Below, in pieces: positions 61,301-64,000 of a stretch of DNA of 64,000 nucleotides; position 1 is the stretch's first letter, and every line of letters starts with the position of its first letter. The stretch spans positions 2,914,001 through 2,978,000 of the forward strand of contig CM068768.1 of assembly GCA_035084275.1 (NCBI GenBank), given 5' to 3'. The position numbers and the translations under genes are program-made. The stretch comes from Hydrolagus colliei. Its lineage: Eukaryota. The notes below the pieces were generated by a model that saw nothing but the letters and a program-made list of their open reading frames with translations, searched no databases and was not told the DNA's origin.

Positions 61301-64000
61301 CCATTGTAAATATTTCATTATCAATTGTGAAACACGAGTAGACATTCACTCCCATCACCGATCTATCTCAGATTATCGGCACTCGCTTCCTTTCTGCACA
61401 GAGACGTAAATATAAACGCTTATAGCCGGGATCAATAGTGAACAGTAACATTAATAATTTTACTGTAGTCAAAGAGGTGCCATATATTTCTAATCTACTA
61501 GCATCCATGTATTTGGTGCTGGGTACCCCATAAGCGTAAACATAGGTTCCCCTAATTTTAACTGTGCAACGTAAAGGTGCTATCTTCTCTTTGTCCATAG
61601 GGGAGTTTATTCATTTTAAAAAAATAATCTGGTGGTGCCCTTTTTTAGACAATTAGATGAACCAGGGGACTCAGTACGTGTGTGGATGTAGGAGAAAAGG
61701 AAAAAGCTGAACACAAACACATCACATGCTCAGAAAGGTGTTGAGTACATTGCTGTATCTAATTGCTGGACTATAGATAAAGAGCATACAGATCTCTGAT
61801 AATATTGTGTTCTAAAACAGACTGCAAATATACAGTCTAACTAAAGATAATATAAATTAAGTTGGGGGTCTCAAATCAATCAACACCATTAATTTCGATA
61901 CATCCCCATTTACCGCCCCAAATCCAGATTATTTTAAATAAAACATGAATGGCATCAAGTTGATTATTATTTGTGTTGATTCAGAAGGAGGTTGCTTGCT
62001 TCTCTGTACCTCACAAGAAGCAGATTTAAGTTCCATTGAACAATGCATATATAAACGCGAAATATAGCTTATTGTCTCACATTTTCACTGTAGAGAATCA
62101 GCACAGAGATCCTTGCACAATAAAGAGGGATGGAAACACATTTTCGTTGGATTCATCAAACCTTGACGAATATTCAGGATTGATTTTTGAAGTATTATTC
62201 GTAATATTTAAATTGACTTCCGATTTATATTATGCCACTTTTCTTTAAATTATGTTTCACATATTATATTCACGGTACTGAAATTATCTTAAAACTCTTG
62301 ACAAACACAAACCCGAATAATATGGCTAAGACGACATCTCTTCACGAATCATTGGAAAGCGCCATGTGTTAAATATACTCGGTTTCTAATATTGTACCAA
62401 CGTTTGTTATTGGAACCACATAAAGACAAATTATCAGCGCTTTGCCATTATCCTTCATGATATTTAATCGTTTTACTCATGTAGTAGTAACATTTGAAAT
62501 AAACCCACGATACAGTGAGAACGTAACAGAGATCCGAGGGAGCTGTTTAACATGCAAGTCTAAGACCCACCAGCAGAGCTCGCTTCAGACCAAGTTCATA
62601 GCCATTATACACCTCCTTTCTTATGAATAGCGCCCGCCGTCCTCACTATTGCAGTTGTGCCTTGCAAAACATTGTCCGAGGCGACCGTTTCATTACTCCC
62701 AAAGCCAGCTAAGGTGGTATTAATTTCTAAGTGATCTAGTCAACTGTCTCTTCAAAACTCACCCTTTCGTGTGTTTTTTTTCTTGGCGGATAATGAAATA
62801 AAGTCCCCAAAACAAATCTCGATCCCCAATGTAAGGAAAAAAATTAAAAATTCCTGACGACTTAAAACCCAACTTTTTAAGGCATTCGAGAATTTGCAGA
62901 TAAAAAAAATTAAAATGTGTATTCAGTGAAGCAAAGCTGGGTTAGAATCGAGCCTCGAGGGAAAACAAAACTGTACAGCATTACTGTCTGAGAACTGTGA
63001 TGTTGAATCTGTGCATGAGGACTAGTTAGTACAGCCGGTAAAGCTGTGGGGTCAAAAAGTTGAGGGTCAAAAGTTTACGTCGTGCGTGACTTGGTGTCTG
63101 CATAGATAGACTCAGCTCGATGCCAATGGTAGAAGGATGACTTTGGCTATCGGCACAGATGAGAAAATGATACCGAGGTAAGACTTAGAGGACTAGGATG
63201 ACCTTAATGATAAAGATCAACCTTTATTATATGTAAAATAAGGGAGACGAGAGAGAGGGGGAAAATAGAAGTAGAAAAAGCACCCAGTTATCCTGATCTC
63301 AATCTGTGCAAAAACAGGGAGGATTAATTGATCTCTTTCATAGAACACAGTGCACAATACACAGACATCACCAGCCCCACAACGGAAGGGGTTGTGTATA
63401 GGTTATAAAAGACTATGAAAACACATATGGAGGAGGCAAGCGATCCCTCACCAGATGCAATCAGCTCTCATTTTGAAAAGATTTCAGGATTCAGGTGTGT
63501 GGGAATAGGAAAGATTCATTTAAAATCGTCTTCTTGTAGATACGTGGTAACAAGTAAATATCCATCGATATACGACTACAATATGAATCGAACAGTAGTG
63601 TGCCCTGCACCTTGTATGGTGGAAAATGCATTTGAGAGAAATTAATCTGTAAATATTTGACATGAGGTGGGGGAGGGGAGAGAATAAATGCAGTCATGCG
63701 CATATAGTATCGACATTTAAAACAGGAAGACGGTCCTATGCTCAAAAAGAGATTAGAAAGAGATGCTTATAATGATTCAACTAATTATTAATCTAAATCA
63801 TGGCACAGTACATAAAGCCACACGTTGCTGTGAAATTGTTACTCCGAACACCCACCTTTAAATCCCTTGAGTATGTTTCTTCATTAGATGTCAAAAGCAA
63901 TAAAGTTAAGGGGCTTTCGATTCAATTATGATAAAAAAAAGTGTGAGGCTGAATTTACATCTTCGGTAGGCCTCTAAATGAAACACTTGACATTCTGCCT

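Noticed and set aside
54796-63210. Exact 14-mer GATGACCTTAATGA at 54796 and 63197
   Set aside because: Several such matches are expected by chance in 64 kb of AT-rich DNA, and the positions are not equivalent.
56648-64000. mir-10 and HoxB4
   Set aside because: I did not find TACCCTGTAG or PG4 coding motifs by eye. They are probably beyond the window end, so this is not evidence of loss.

Overview
A vertebrate HoxB cluster segment, all genes on the + strand. It is probably from a cartilaginous fish and possibly a holocephalan, judged from an intact HoxB10 and chondrichthyan-type CR1/SINE fragments. Six intact two-exon genes are present: HoxB10, B9, B8, B7, B6 and B5. All have phase-1 GT-AG introns whose frames I checked. 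A mir-196 hairpin lies between B10 and B9, with target sites in the HoxB8 and HoxB7 3' UTRs. The window also holds candidate CTCF sites, Cdx/Hox site clusters, paralog-conserved promoter elements and short retroposon relics. The main discovery is upstream of HoxB10: two decayed two-exon relics in the correct order, strand and spacing for HoxB12 (about 205-1329) and HoxB11 (about 6371-8330). These two genes are generally treated as absent from gnathostome HoxB clusters. The relic calls rest on by-eye comparison with HoxA/C/D11 and HoxC/D12 sequences recalled from memory and need alignment to confirm. mir-10 and HoxB4 were not seen and probably lie beyond the window end.
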